IMG/VR virus record: IMGVR_UViG_3300045929_000106
Span: 1 to 63,198 of that record
DNA length: 63,198 nt
Direction: 5' to 3' (one strand)
DNA from: a virus
Lineage: Duplodnaviria; Caudoviricetes
Shown: in pieces, positions 1-8,699 of the stretch
Numbering within the stretch: the stretch's first letter is position 1
How the letters are laid out: every line of letters starts with the position of its first letter
Translations under genes and position numbers: made by a program
Notes under the pieces: generated by a model
The model's input: only the letters and a program-made list of their open reading frames with translations
What the model was told of the DNA's origin: nothing
Database searches by the model: none

Positions 1-147
1 ACCTGATCGTCCTTATCCGCTAGGAAAACGACTGGAGGGCCTGGAAGGGCACCCAGCAGGTGGCTGCCTACCTGGGGATCGATCCGTCCACCGTGGTGGC
101 CGCCGAGCGCTTCCTGGGGGCGGAGAAAGACCTCCAGAACAGGCTCC
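1..147. repeat. Terminal redundancy, copy 1 (circular assembly overlap)
   Basis: 1-147 equals 63052-63198 except 3 substitutions in the first 21 nt; 22-147 is identical. Confidence 0.95.
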
Positions 148-650
148 ACGAGGGCCTGATCTCGGCGCAGTCGGCAGCGGACGTGATGAAGGCCGCTCCA
201 GACCCCAAAGAGCGCGCTGAACTGCTGGAGCGCGCCGCCGTGATCCAGACCGAGAACCGCACCGAGCGGATCATGTCCCAGTTCGCCACCGGCAAGCTCA
301 CCAAGGGCGCAGCCGCCGCCAACCTGGAGAAACTGGGCGACGAGCTGCGCGGCCCCGCCAAGCGCATCCAGCACCCCGCCGTGGTCGCCGCGATCCGCGA
401 GCGCCACGCCACCGCCCGGGTCCACCCGGCGCGGCGCATGACCAGATCGAGAGCCGAGCTGCTGGAGGCGCTGAGCCACTTCGACAAGCCCCGCTACCCG
501 CTTCCCGTCAGGCAACTCTTCCGCTTCCTGGTGGAGCAGTTCGCCACCGGCGCCGGGTCCCTGGACGAGCTGCGCGAGCTGGTCCTGGCGCTGGCTGAGA
601 TGCCGCCGCCCGAGGTCGAAGAACAACCCCACAGGACAGTAGCCAACTAG
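148..650 (+). CDS. ParB-like protein, C-terminal part
   Basis: In frame with the 62670 ORF after circularisation; follows the HTH TQQVAAYLGIDPSTV encoded in the overlap. Confidence 0.75.
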
Positions 651-705
651 CTCTTACGGGCATACTCTAGTTGATTCCGGTTAGACAGCTTTCTGACGCC
701 ACTGG

Positions 706-1896
706 TTGATTCCCCCAATGCCCCGGCTGGCCCTGATCATCCCGATGCCAACCTCTCCTATCGAGCGGTTGGCGGCCCGAGTGCGCGAGTACCTGCACCT
801 CCCGGACCCCGGCCCGCTGTATGTGCTGTGCGGGGCCGTCGCCGCCAACATGATCGAAGGGGCGCCGGTCTGGCTCATGCTAGTGGGCCCGCCAAGCTGC
901 GGCAAAAGCGAACTGCTGAACTCGCTCCTGGAGGTGCCGCACATGGTGGGAGGCGCGGACATCGCCGGGGAGGCCGCGTTCCTCTCCGGCACGAGCCGCA
1001 AGGAGAAGGCGCAAGACGCCACCGGCGGCCTGCTGCGCGAGATCGGGGACCACGGCGGCCTGATCCTCAACGACTTCACGAGCATCCTCTCCAAACCCCC
1101 GGAAAAGATCAACAGCATCATGGCCATTCTCCGCGAGTGCTACGGTGGCCGGTGGACCCGCCACATCGGCGGCGAGGGCGGGCGGCGGCTCACCTGGGTA
1201 GGCAAGCTCGCCATGCTGGCGGGCTGCACCTCGCGCATCGACCAGTGCCACCAGATCAACTCCGAGCTGGGCGAGCGGTGGATCTACTACCGTTTCGAGC
1301 ACCGTGACGTGTTCGCGGACACGATGCTCGCGCTGAGTAATGGACGCAACGGCTGGCGCGAGGACTTCCAGGCCACGATGCGGGATTTCTTCCAGAACCT
1401 CGATCTGTGCTTTGGCGAAGTGAAACCGCGCCGGGAGTTTACGCACAGCGAACGGCTGCGGCTCCACGAGCTGGCCCTGCTCGCCTCCCGCTGCCGGAGC
1501 GCGGTAACCAGGGACAGCTACTCCAAGGAGATCGTGGCGGCGCGGGAGGACGAATTAGCGATTCGATTATCCACCGTGTTAGCGCAGTTACTGGTGGGGA
1601 TGGACGCCGTGGGCGTGCCCAAGAAGACGGCGTGGCATCTGCTGGGGAAGGTGGCGATGGACTCCATGCCCCGGCTGCGCAAGCTGACCGTGGACGCCGC
1701 CGCCCTCTCGAAACCCACCGTGGAGGAGCTGCAAGTCGTTCTGGGCTGCTCGCTTAGCGTGGTCAAGCGGGTGGTCGAAGACCTCCACATGCACGGGGTG
1801 GTGGACCGCATCGACGGGCGGGTCTGCCTCACCGAGTGGATGCAGAAACAACACAACCGCTTTTGTCAAGCTTCGTCAGCTTGGACTCCCAGTTGA
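706..1896 (+). CDS. AAA+/P-loop ATPase, probable replication helicase or initiator with a C-terminal wHTH
   Basis: Walker A GPPSCGKS, Walker B-like LILNDF, arginine-finger-like LGERW; C-terminal TVEELQVVLGCSLSVVKRVVEDL; start uncertain. Confidence 0.65.
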   Translation: MIPPMPRLALIIPMPTSPIERLAARVREYLHLPDPGPLYVLCGAVAANMIEGAPVWLMLVGPPSCGKSELLNSLLEVPHMVGGADIAGEAAFLSGTSRKEKAQDATGGLLREIGDHGGLILNDFTSILSKPPEKINSIMAILRECYGGRWTRHIGGEGGRRLTWVGKLAMLAGCTSRIDQCHQINSELGERWIYYRFEHRDVFADTMLALSNGRNGWREDFQATMRDFFQNLDLCFGEVKPRREFTHSERLRLHELALLASRCRSAVTRDSYSKEIVAAREDELAIRLSTVLAQLLVGMDAVGVPKKTAWHLLGKVAMDSMPRLRKLTVDAAALSKPTVEELQVVLGCSLSVVKRVVEDLHMHGVVDRIDGRVCLTEWMQKQHNRFCQASSAWTPS

Positions 1897-1998
1897 GCTT
1901 ACACTCCCAGTAGCTGTAAACCCGGCTGAGCCTCATACTCCCAGTAGTCCCCGGGCCGGTTGAGCTTATACTCCCAGCAGCGGAACTCAGACTCCCAG
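1885..1998 (+). repeat. Five ACTCCCAG-core direct repeats (iteron/operator-like; candidate origin)
   Basis: Cores start at 1885, 1903, 1937, 1970 and 1991; several extend to TGAGCYT(Y)AYACTCCCAGYAG. Confidence 0.75.
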
Positions 1999-2078
1999 TA
2001 GTCGAACCGGCAGGGGCCCTCTCCCCGCCCCGGCGGGCGCTCCCCATATGTCGCTTTTCGCGCATAAATAACTACCTC

Positions 2079-2107
2079 TTGCCCGGTTTGGCGGCCCGCA
2101 GTAGACT
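2079..2107 (+). promoter_or_regulatory. sigma70-like promoter
   Basis: TTGCCC-17 bp-TAGACT upstream of the ATG at 2152. Confidence 0.45.
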
Positions 2108-2151
2108 TGAGTTTCCGCCTAAATTCCAGTTACAAGAAACGAGAACAACTT

Positions 2152-3027
2152 ATGCCGAAAGCCGCAGGGCTGATGAGCCCGGAGAACGCCGTCAAGGGCG
2201 CGGGGGCCTTCAAGGAAGGGTTCATCCGCATCGACAGCAACAGCTACAAAGTGCATCAGGCCAAGGGCGAGGACGCCGTCCCGGCCACCAAGTGGGTATG
2301 GCAGGTGACCCGCCTCAACGAGAGCGGCGAGGAGCCCCTGGTGGACGAGCATGACGAGCCCATTCGCGAGGAGCTGGCCTTCTCGTTCGGGGGCAAGTGC
2401 CTGCCATTTATCCACCCGGCGAGAGCGGACGGCCCGGATGACGAGGAGCCCGAGGACATGGGGACCGAGGTGGGGGCGGAGGGCAACACGCTGTACCTGA
2501 ACGCGCCGGATTGGCGTCCCAACGAGCGTTCCGGCGTGATCATCCTGACCGCCAGCATGCAGAAAGCCGGGGTGAAGAGCGAGTACCTGAAGCGGTGCTG
2601 GACCCCGGACTGGAACGGCTGCGTTTTCGAGATGCGGCAGTCCGCGCCGGAGAAGGGCCGCGACGGGCGGGAGTTCTCCTACAAGATCTGCAGCAAGGTT
2701 CTGGTGGGCCCCGGCGGCAAGGCGAAGGCGGCGGGCGCTGGCTCGAAAGTGAACTCCGGCGCGAAAGCGGGCGGGTCCAGCGACCTGGAGCCCCTGCTGA
2801 CCGGCGTGATCATGGGCCTGTCGCAGGAGATGGACGGCCAGCAAGTCACCAAGAAGGCCTTCGTCAACCGGGTAAGGGCGGCGCTGGACGAGAAGAAGGT
2901 GGACAGCAAGCTGATCGTCCCGGCCCTGACCCTGGTCAAGAACGACATCTGGCTCAAGGAGCGCGCCGGGCTGCTCGATATCAGCGTCTCCGAGAACGCC
3001 ATCCTGTTCGGGCGGCTGGAGGCGTGA
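2152..3027 (+). CDS. Hypothetical protein (possible ssDNA-binding/recombination accessory protein)
   Basis: Long ORF with typical codon bias in the recombination module; function from context only. Confidence 0.55.
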   Translation: MPKAAGLMSPENAVKGAGAFKEGFIRIDSNSYKVHQAKGEDAVPATKWVWQVTRLNESGEEPLVDEHDEPIREELAFSFGGKCLPFIHPARADGPDDEEPEDMGTEVGAEGNTLYLNAPDWRPNERSGVIILTASMQKAGVKSEYLKRCWTPDWNGCVFEMRQSAPEKGRDGREFSYKICSKVLVGPGGKAKAAGAGSKVNSGAKAGGSSDLEPLLTGVIMGLSQEMDGQQVTKKAFVNRVRAALDEKKVDSKLIVPALTLVKNDIWLKERAGLLDISVSENAILFGRLEA

Positions 3028-3147
3028 AGGGTTAGCGCAGGCCGGGGCCCAGTCTGGTCTGTACGGGTTAGCTGGGGGTTCACCATTTCCACCGGCTAAT
3101 ACGGGGGGAGGGTAGTTAGGCGGTAACCCCTCCCCTTTTACTTCCTT

Positions 3148-3759
3148 ATGCCTAAACTCATCGAAGAGCGCGAGATAAAGCTGGAGTGGGGCGATATCGA
3201 CCTGATGACCCCTAAGCAGCGGGTTAGCGACATGCGCCGCTCTTCCGGGGTGCACCTCTCCGGCGTGATCCGCTACGTGCTGACCACGGCGGGCCTGCTG
3301 ACGCCGGAGGACGCCGATGAGTTCATGCCGCTGCGGATGGCCGTGGGGATGGCCTGGGAAGCGTTTGTGGTGGGGCTGTGGCCCGATTTGATATGGCAAC
3401 CCGGAGAATGCGCCAAGGACGGCGTTATCGGCTCTCCAGACGGCGTAACTGGAGACTGTCTAGAAGAGTTCAAGGCCACCTGGAAGTCGCGGCTGGAGCG
3501 GGGCGAGTACAAGGGCCATGTGCCCCCGCCGCGCAAGATCTGCGAACAGCGCGCCTGGATGCTCCAGGTGGGCGGTTACTGCCACATGATGGGCCTGACT
3601 AAGGCCCGCCTGCATGTGCTGTGGGTGATGGGCGACTACCGGGGATCTGGCCCGCAGTATTGCACCTATGTGGTGCAGTTCGGCCAGGACGAGCTGGAGC
3701 GCATGTGGAAGAACATGATCCTCCCCAATATCAAGGGAGCTACGCCGGAGACGCATTGA
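3148..3759 (+). CDS. PD-(D/E)XK (Cas4/RecB-like) exonuclease
   Basis: GSPDG...EEFKAT and QVGGY motifs; HLSGV N-terminal motif. Confidence 0.75.
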   Translation: MPKLIEEREIKLEWGDIDLMTPKQRVSDMRRSSGVHLSGVIRYVLTTAGLLTPEDADEFMPLRMAVGMAWEAFVVGLWPDLIWQPGECAKDGVIGSPDGVTGDCLEEFKATWKSRLERGEYKGHVPPPRKICEQRAWMLQVGGYCHMMGLTKARLHVLWVMGDYRGSGPQYCTYVVQFGQDELERMWKNMILPNIKGATPETH

Positions 3760-4295
3760 TGAAAGAAGACGAGATTATTGCGCGCCACGGCAAAGTTCAA
3801 GAGCGCATTGTAAAGAGCGAGCCCAGTAAAGAGAAAGTGGGAATGTATCTGAAGTCGCAACGTTATGACATATGGTGGGAACCGGCTCAAATTGCGCCCG
3901 CCTACAATGACCGTCGAAAGTTTTCGGATAAGGGCGACCTGCATATCAGGCTCAACAACCGAGTGGAGCATATTGAGGTGAAGGAGCGTGATGTCGAGTT
4001 TACGCGCCAGGAAGACTTCCCACACGAGTGGGTGTTCATATGCAGCGTTGACCCTTTCATGGCGGCGGCGCGAGAGGGGCGAACGCCGCTCGCTGTTGTG
4101 TTCCTGAATAGCGCCAACAGCCATGTGGCGGTGACCCACATATTTACACGGAACGAATGGAAAGTGCGACCGAGAGTATACGATAAGTTGCTGGGAACTT
4201 ATGCTGACACATTTGTCATTCGCCCGGATCAGGTAATGTTCGGCCCGTTTCACGAGGTTGACACTTTGTTGCTTCTGGAATCAGTAAGATCATGA
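3759..4295 (+). CDS. Putative PD-(D/E)XK endonuclease (lower-GC insert)
   Basis: DKGDLHI...HIEVKER motif; ATG at 3759 overlaps the upstream stop; visibly more AT-rich. Confidence 0.5.
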   Translation: MKEDEIIARHGKVQERIVKSEPSKEKVGMYLKSQRYDIWWEPAQIAPAYNDRRKFSDKGDLHIRLNNRVEHIEVKERDVEFTRQEDFPHEWVFICSVDPFMAAAREGRTPLAVVFLNSANSHVAVTHIFTRNEWKVRPRVYDKLLGTYADTFVIRPDQVMFGPFHEVDTLLLLESVRS

Positions 4296-5137
4296 AACAA
4301 ATCCCTATCCAGATCGAGGGCTTCACGTTCGATTCGACGCCCGACACCAAGCCCGCCGTCTGCGTTTACGGCGAGGAGAACACCGGCAAGACCCGGTTCG
4401 GCTGCACGGTCCCGCACGATAGCGGCGTGGTGGGCTGGCTGGCCCTCGACAAGAACTCCAAGGGCACGGTGGAGCAGTACCAGGAGCGGAACGGGGACCG
4501 GCGCATCCTGGTCAACCAGAAGCCGTTCCTGTCCAACAAGGACGCCATCAAGCTCGCCATGACGGAGAAGCCCGCCGAAACCAAGCTGTTGGCGAAGGCC
4601 GTCGTAGAGAAGGTCTGGGACCACGCCATGAAGCTCGCGGACCACAAGGACGTGGAGTCCATCGTGATCGATGACGGGTCGCAGTTGTTCGACTGGATTC
4701 TGTTCTCGCATTTCGGCAGGCGCAACCAGATCGAGAGCTACCAGCGGGGCGGGCCTAACAACGACTTCATCGAGCTGATTACGGCGCTCGGCAGCAAGAA
4801 CCTCTGCATGATCTGCCGGGGCACGGAGGTCTGGGCAGACACCGGCGAGGTGGACGCGCAGGGCCGCAAGAAGCAGGCCCCCACCGGCAAGCTCAAGCCG
4901 GAGGGGTTCGGGAAGCTGGGCAAGTTCATGACGGCGGTGGTGGAGCTGTCTGCTACCCGCAAGAAACCGGCGGAGGACGCCACCGCCGAGGAGGCGCTGG
5001 CCGCCAAGTACAAGTGCAAGGTGATGACGTGTAAAGGCGACACGCTGCTGGAGGGCCAGGATCTGACTCCGTTCGGCGTCTGCGGGGCGGAGATCACCTG
5101 GGACAACGTGATGACCGTTATAAGAGCCAAGGACTAG
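4292..5137 (+). CDS. AAA_24/Sak4-like NTP-binding recombination protein
   Basis: VYGEENTGKT Walker A and SIVIDD Walker B; lies next to the exonuclease. Confidence 0.75.
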   Translation: MKQIPIQIEGFTFDSTPDTKPAVCVYGEENTGKTRFGCTVPHDSGVVGWLALDKNSKGTVEQYQERNGDRRILVNQKPFLSNKDAIKLAMTEKPAETKLLAKAVVEKVWDHAMKLADHKDVESIVIDDGSQLFDWILFSHFGRRNQIESYQRGGPNNDFIELITALGSKNLCMICRGTEVWADTGEVDAQGRKKQAPTGKLKPEGFGKLGKFMTAVVELSATRKKPAEDATAEEALAAKYKCKVMTCKGDTLLEGQDLTPFGVCGAEITWDNVMTVIRAKD

Positions 5138-5139
5138 TT

Positions 5140-5310
5140 ATGCATTCCTATATCGTGCGTTTGCGGCGAGTGATGGAATGGGAACAAGTGTACGAAGCAG
5201 ACTCCCCAGAAACCGCCATAGAACTGGCCAAGCTGGAGGCCCACCACGGGACCGTCGTAGATGAGCTGGCGAGCGTGGAGGAGGTCCAGCCAGCCGAGGT
5301 AGTCGATTGA
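5140..5310 (+). CDS. Hypothetical protein (56 aa)
   Basis: Hand-read ORF MHSYIVRLRR...; fills the gap with coupled start/stop. Confidence 0.55.
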   Translation: MHSYIVRLRRVMEWEQVYEADSPETAIELAKLEAHHGTVVDELASVEEVQPAEVVD

Positions 5311-5495
5311 TGCCGGAGATCAGGCCGTGCCCCGGCTGCGGACAGACGGACGAGCTATTGACCTACCTGGGCATGGGGAGAGGGGGAGCTCTCTACAAGT
5401 GCCCGGTCTGCTCCGGTATTTTCGAGGACAGCGAGCTGGACGAGATCGCCAAGAGGGAAGATGACCGGGATCGAGGCGGGGAGGATGTTGGGTGA
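5310..5495 (+). CDS. Small Zn-ribbon protein
   Basis: CPGC...CPVC. Confidence 0.6.
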   Translation: MPEIRPCPGCGQTDELLTYLGMGRGGALYKCPVCSGIFEDSELDEIAKREDDRDRGGEDVG

Positions 5496-6280
5496 CCGGG
5501 ATAGCGATTGACTCGCGGGTTGGCTCCAGGGAGCTGGCCCCCCTCTTCCGCGACTACGGCATCCAGCCCAGGCTGCGGGAGATGGAGTTCGGGGACATGG
5601 CTTTCGAGGGGAACGGCCCCGCTGGCCGCTGCATGGTGGGGATCGAGCGGAAGACCATCAACGATCTCACGGCCTGCATCGAGGACCGGCGGCTGAGCGG
5701 CCACCAGTTGCCGGGGATGGCCGAGGCCTACGACTACTGCTACCTGATCGTGGAGGGGCTGTGGCGTCCTTCCGCTGACGGCGGCCTCCAGATCGGGGAG
5801 GCGAAATTCAGCCAGGACCAGCGGTTCGGGGGCTACTGGTACAGGCCCCGGCAGCGCCTGCTATACCGGGCGGTGGACAACTACCTCGCCACCCTGGAGC
5901 TGCAGGCGGGCATCATCTACCGGCGCACGTTGACGCCCGTGGAGACGGTGGCGGTGGTGGTCGACCTTTGGCGCTGGTGGCAGGAGAAGGAGTGGGGCGA
6001 GCACTCCTCGCACGTCGCCGTGTACGCACCGGCGCGGATCGGGCGCGGGAGGCTGCAGCTCGCCCGCCGGGAGGCCTCCCTATGCGAGCGCTGGGCCATG
6101 CAGCTCGACGGGGTGGACAAGCGGGCCCGCGAGGTGGCCGAGCATTTCGGGAGCGCCGCCGTGATGGCGCAGGCCTCCGAGAGCGAGTGGCGGGAGATCA
6201 AGGGGATCGGGAAAGGAATCGCCCAGCGGGCGGTAAAGGATATCAATGCTCAAGTACCGGGCTTTGTTGGTGGACACTGA
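5492..6280 (+). CDS. ERCC4/XPF-family nuclease with HhH (resolvase-like)
   Basis: IDSR...GD...IERKTINDL catalytic motif; C-terminal HhH IKGIGKGIA. Confidence 0.85.
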   Translation: MTGIAIDSRVGSRELAPLFRDYGIQPRLREMEFGDMAFEGNGPAGRCMVGIERKTINDLTACIEDRRLSGHQLPGMAEAYDYCYLIVEGLWRPSADGGLQIGEAKFSQDQRFGGYWYRPRQRLLYRAVDNYLATLELQAGIIYRRTLTPVETVAVVVDLWRWWQEKEWGEHSSHVAVYAPARIGRGRLQLARREASLCERWAMQLDGVDKRAREVAEHFGSAAVMAQASESEWREIKGIGKGIAQRAVKDINAQVPGFVGGH

Positions 6281-6503
6281 GGGCGACTACAGGCGGCCCT
6301 GCCAGACCTTCTGCAACGACATACGGCAGGTGGAGGACTGGGCCAAGATGTTTCTCTGCCACGCGGGCGTCAATGCCCATGTGCAAGTTTACGCCGTGGA
6401 CGAGCGCGAGGTAGGAGTGTTCAAGAGATCCGATTTTTATGACCAGGGCCCAGCTCCGGGTATACAACCGGCTGACAAAAAAACAGGCGAACCGGCACAA
6501 TGA
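6246..6503 (+). CDS. Hypothetical protein
   Basis: ORF in a packed + strand operon. Confidence 0.5.
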   Translation: MLKYRALLVDTEGDYRRPCQTFCNDIRQVEDWAKMFLCHAGVNAHVQVYAVDEREVGVFKRSDFYDQGPAPGIQPADKKTGEPAQ

Positions 6504-6738
6504 CGTGATCGTGGTGGAGGAGAGCATCTCCTCCGTCACGTTCTATGTGTTGTTCCCCGGCCTGTATGTGACTTACGATGACGCGGGCCGCCCGCTGGAG
6601 ACCCATACGGACGCCGAGCGCCGGAAATCGGGCAAGACGCTGGCCAAGCCCGGGATGCGGACGCTGGTGCTGACCGGCGAGCTGGGCAGCTCCAGTTACC
6701 AGCCGCCCGGGATCGATGACGATGGCGTTCCCTTCTGA
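6439..6738 (+). CDS. Hypothetical protein
   Basis: ORF in a packed + strand operon. Confidence 0.5.
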   Translation: MTRAQLRVYNRLTKKQANRHNDVIVVEESISSVTFYVLFPGLYVTYDDAGRPLETHTDAERRKSGKTLAKPGMRTLVLTGELGSSSYQPPGIDDDGVPF

Positions 6739-6743
6739 TCGCC

Positions 6744-6920
6744 ATGCTGGAGTATGTCGATAACCGGATGTGGGTGGTGTTCCAGGACGAGGGACGAGAG
6801 ACCCGCCTGACGCTGGACGAATACCTGGAGCTGGCGAATGAAGCCGGGAGCGAGTTGCAGTTGCGGAAGGCTCTGCTGAAGTGGCGGCCTGCCGCGAAGG
6901 CCGCCGGGGAGGGCGCATGA
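6744..6920 (+). CDS. Hypothetical protein (58 aa)
   Basis: Hand-read MLEYVDNRMW...; ATGA overlap with the next gene. Confidence 0.55.
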   Translation: MLEYVDNRMWVVFQDEGRETRLTLDEYLELANEAGSELQLRKALLKWRPAAKAAGEGA

Positions 6921-7132
6921 TTACCTTGACGGAGTGGTATCGGGCGGGGCATAACACCCTGCTGAAATGCCGCCGCGCGTTCTTATTGGACAACGAGCTG
7001 ACGGTGCGCCAGTGGAGCGACGGGTTGCGCATGATCGACGGCGTCGAGAGGTATCTGCTGACCATGCTCCACAAGGACAAACAATGGTCGAAGAGGAAAG
7101 ACGCAGAGAGTCATTTAAGCGCTGGCTCCTGA
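6917..7132 (+). CDS. Hypothetical protein
   Basis: ATG 6917 with GGAGG RBS. Confidence 0.5.
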   Translation: MITLTEWYRAGHNTLLKCRRAFLLDNELTVRQWSDGLRMIDGVERYLLTMLHKDKQWSKRKDAESHLSAGS

Positions 7133-7524
7133 GGGTCTGGGACTGGGCCGAGGACGAGGGCCGCCCTGTCGCCCTCGATATCGCGGAGATCGTCAGCCAT
7201 GCGGACGAGCCGGATTATCCGATGTGGAGCGTGGCAAGGAAGCGGGGCGTGATCGGGGACGGCAAGCTCGCGGACCTGATCCGCAGCAAGTTTGGGCTGC
7301 CGGTGATGGCCGAGCGCCCCACCCAGTGGGAGCGGGAGATCAACTACCAGCCGCTGATCTACCTGGACGAGAAGGTCTGGGACTCGATCTACAACAGCCT
7401 GGGCTGGGTCAACCGGGACCTGGACAAGGAGAAGCCAGACACGTTCTGGCTGTGGTCGAACGCGGCCAACCAGATCCGGTTCGCCAAACGAAAAAGGGAG
7501 AGGGTGGTCGATGAACAACTTTGA
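7084..7524 (+). CDS. Hypothetical protein
   Basis: ATG 7084 after AAGGA. Confidence 0.55.
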   Translation: MVEEERRRESFKRWLLRVWDWAEDEGRPVALDIAEIVSHADEPDYPMWSVARKRGVIGDGKLADLIRSKFGLPVMAERPTQWEREINYQPLIYLDEKVWDSIYNSLGWVNRDLDKEKPDTFWLWSNAANQIRFAKRKRERVVDEQL

Positions 7525-7888
7525 GGAACGGGAGGACCGGGCGCAGTTCGCCTCGCTGCCGCCGGTAGTGGAGCTGGAGGACGTGAAGGTTCGCCAGCGG
7601 GTGGTGGCGCTGCTGGAGCTGCTCGATCAGGCGGTGGCCGAGCGCCAGAAGCTGGAGCAGGACGAGGAGAAGTACAAGGTGGAGCTTGGCACTCTCCAGG
7701 AGGCCACCAACCGGCAGGGGTTCCGCTACGGCCTGCTGTGCTTCATGTCGCAGCCGGTGAAGGGCAGACGGACCCTGGACAAGATGCTGCTAATCGAAAA
7801 CGGCTGTCCAGCGGACGCCATTAACCTCTCCTACAAAGAGGGGAAGCCCAGCATCCGGCGCACCTTCAAGCGGCTGGGGGACGAATGA
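7511..7888 (+). CDS. Hypothetical coiled-coil protein
   Basis: ORF with RBS, coupled to its neighbours. Confidence 0.6.
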   Translation: MNNFEEREDRAQFASLPPVVELEDVKVRQRVVALLELLDQAVAERQKLEQDEEKYKVELGTLQEATNRQGFRYGLLCFMSQPVKGRRTLDKMLLIENGCPADAINLSYKEGKPSIRRTFKRLGDE

Positions 7889-8085
7889 ACGAGCCGCCCC
7901 GCAAGGACCCGATGGCCATCCTCTGGGTGGCCGCCAACCGCAGCGCCCTGACCGAGGTCGCCAAGCAGTGCGGCTGCTCGGTGCAATTTGTGAGCTATGT
8001 GTTATACGGGCGTAAACGGTCTGGGGACGGAAAGGTGGAGCGCCTGCTCAGAGAGTTAGGGGCCCCAATTAAATCAACAAGGTGA
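7885..8085 (+). CDS. Small HTH DNA-binding protein
   Basis: LTEVAKQCGCSVQFVSYVLYGRKRS HTH pattern; GTGA-coupled to the RAMP-like gene. Confidence 0.7.
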   Translation: MNEPPRKDPMAILWVAANRSALTEVAKQCGCSVQFVSYVLYGRKRSGDGKVERLLRELGAPIKSTR

Positions 8086-8699
8086 ATCACATGGACACAT
8101 TACAAGCATTAGAGCCAGTCTCCAATGACGCGGCGGCGATTATTGATATATCGCAGCCTTATGCGGTTGCCTGCAGAGTTGTTGGCACTTGCCCAATTCT
8201 ATTTCATCGCTGGTCCGTGGAAAGCGTGGAAGCCAAGGGAAGGGCTGCCAAAGGGTCAGCGGCCAAGAAGACGGATGACGTTGACTCGTATGTCTATCGA
8301 ATGCCCTCCGGCGAACTGGCCATTCCATCGGAAAATCTGCGCATGTCGGTAATCAACGCGGCAAAGTACCGGCAAGACCCCAGATCTCCACGTAAATCTG
8401 CAATGGATCTGTTCAAGGCGGCCATTGCATGTTTTGAGCCGTATTGCGGACTGGGCGTGAGTAAATGGGAATACATTGATCAGCGGCGAGTAACGGTGCA
8501 GCGCGCCGGAGTAACCCGCCGCCGCCCCGCCCTGGCTGAAGGCTGGTCCGTGGAAGTTATATTCCAGATCCTGTTGCCGGAATATATTTCTCCAACTATG
8601 CTCAACGAGACAATACAGTCAGCCGGAAAACTGATTGGGGTATGTGACTTTAGGCCATCATATGGAAGGTATCAGGTAACAGAATTCCGAGTAGTATAG
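8082..8699 (+). CDS. Stand-alone Cas7/RAMP-like RNA-binding protein
   Basis: First strand VVGTCPILFH, helix motif AIPSENLRMSVINAAK (cf. RAMP IPGSSLKGxxR), C-terminal Gly-rich loop AGKLIGVCDFRPSYGRYQV; 205 aa. Confidence 0.7.
   Translation: MNHMDTLQALEPVSNDAAAIIDISQPYAVACRVVGTCPILFHRWSVESVEAKGRAAKGSAAKKTDDVDSYVYRMPSGELAIPSENLRMSVINAAKYRQDPRSPRKSAMDLFKAAIACFEPYCGLGVSKWEYIDQRRVTVQRAGVTRRRPALAEGWSVEVIFQILLPEYISPTMLNETIQSAGKLIGVCDFRPSYGRYQVTEFRVV

Noticed and set aside
21-23. TAG stop in the ParB frame at the window start
   Set aside because: The duplicate copy at the other end reads GAG; the mismatches cluster at the contig edge and are most likely end-of-read errors
3148-3759. Cas4 acting as the adaptation module for the RAMP/array locus
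   Set aside because: It lies over 4 kb away in a standard exonuclease plus Sak4-like recombination module and lacks the four-Cys Fe-S pattern; no evidence of a link
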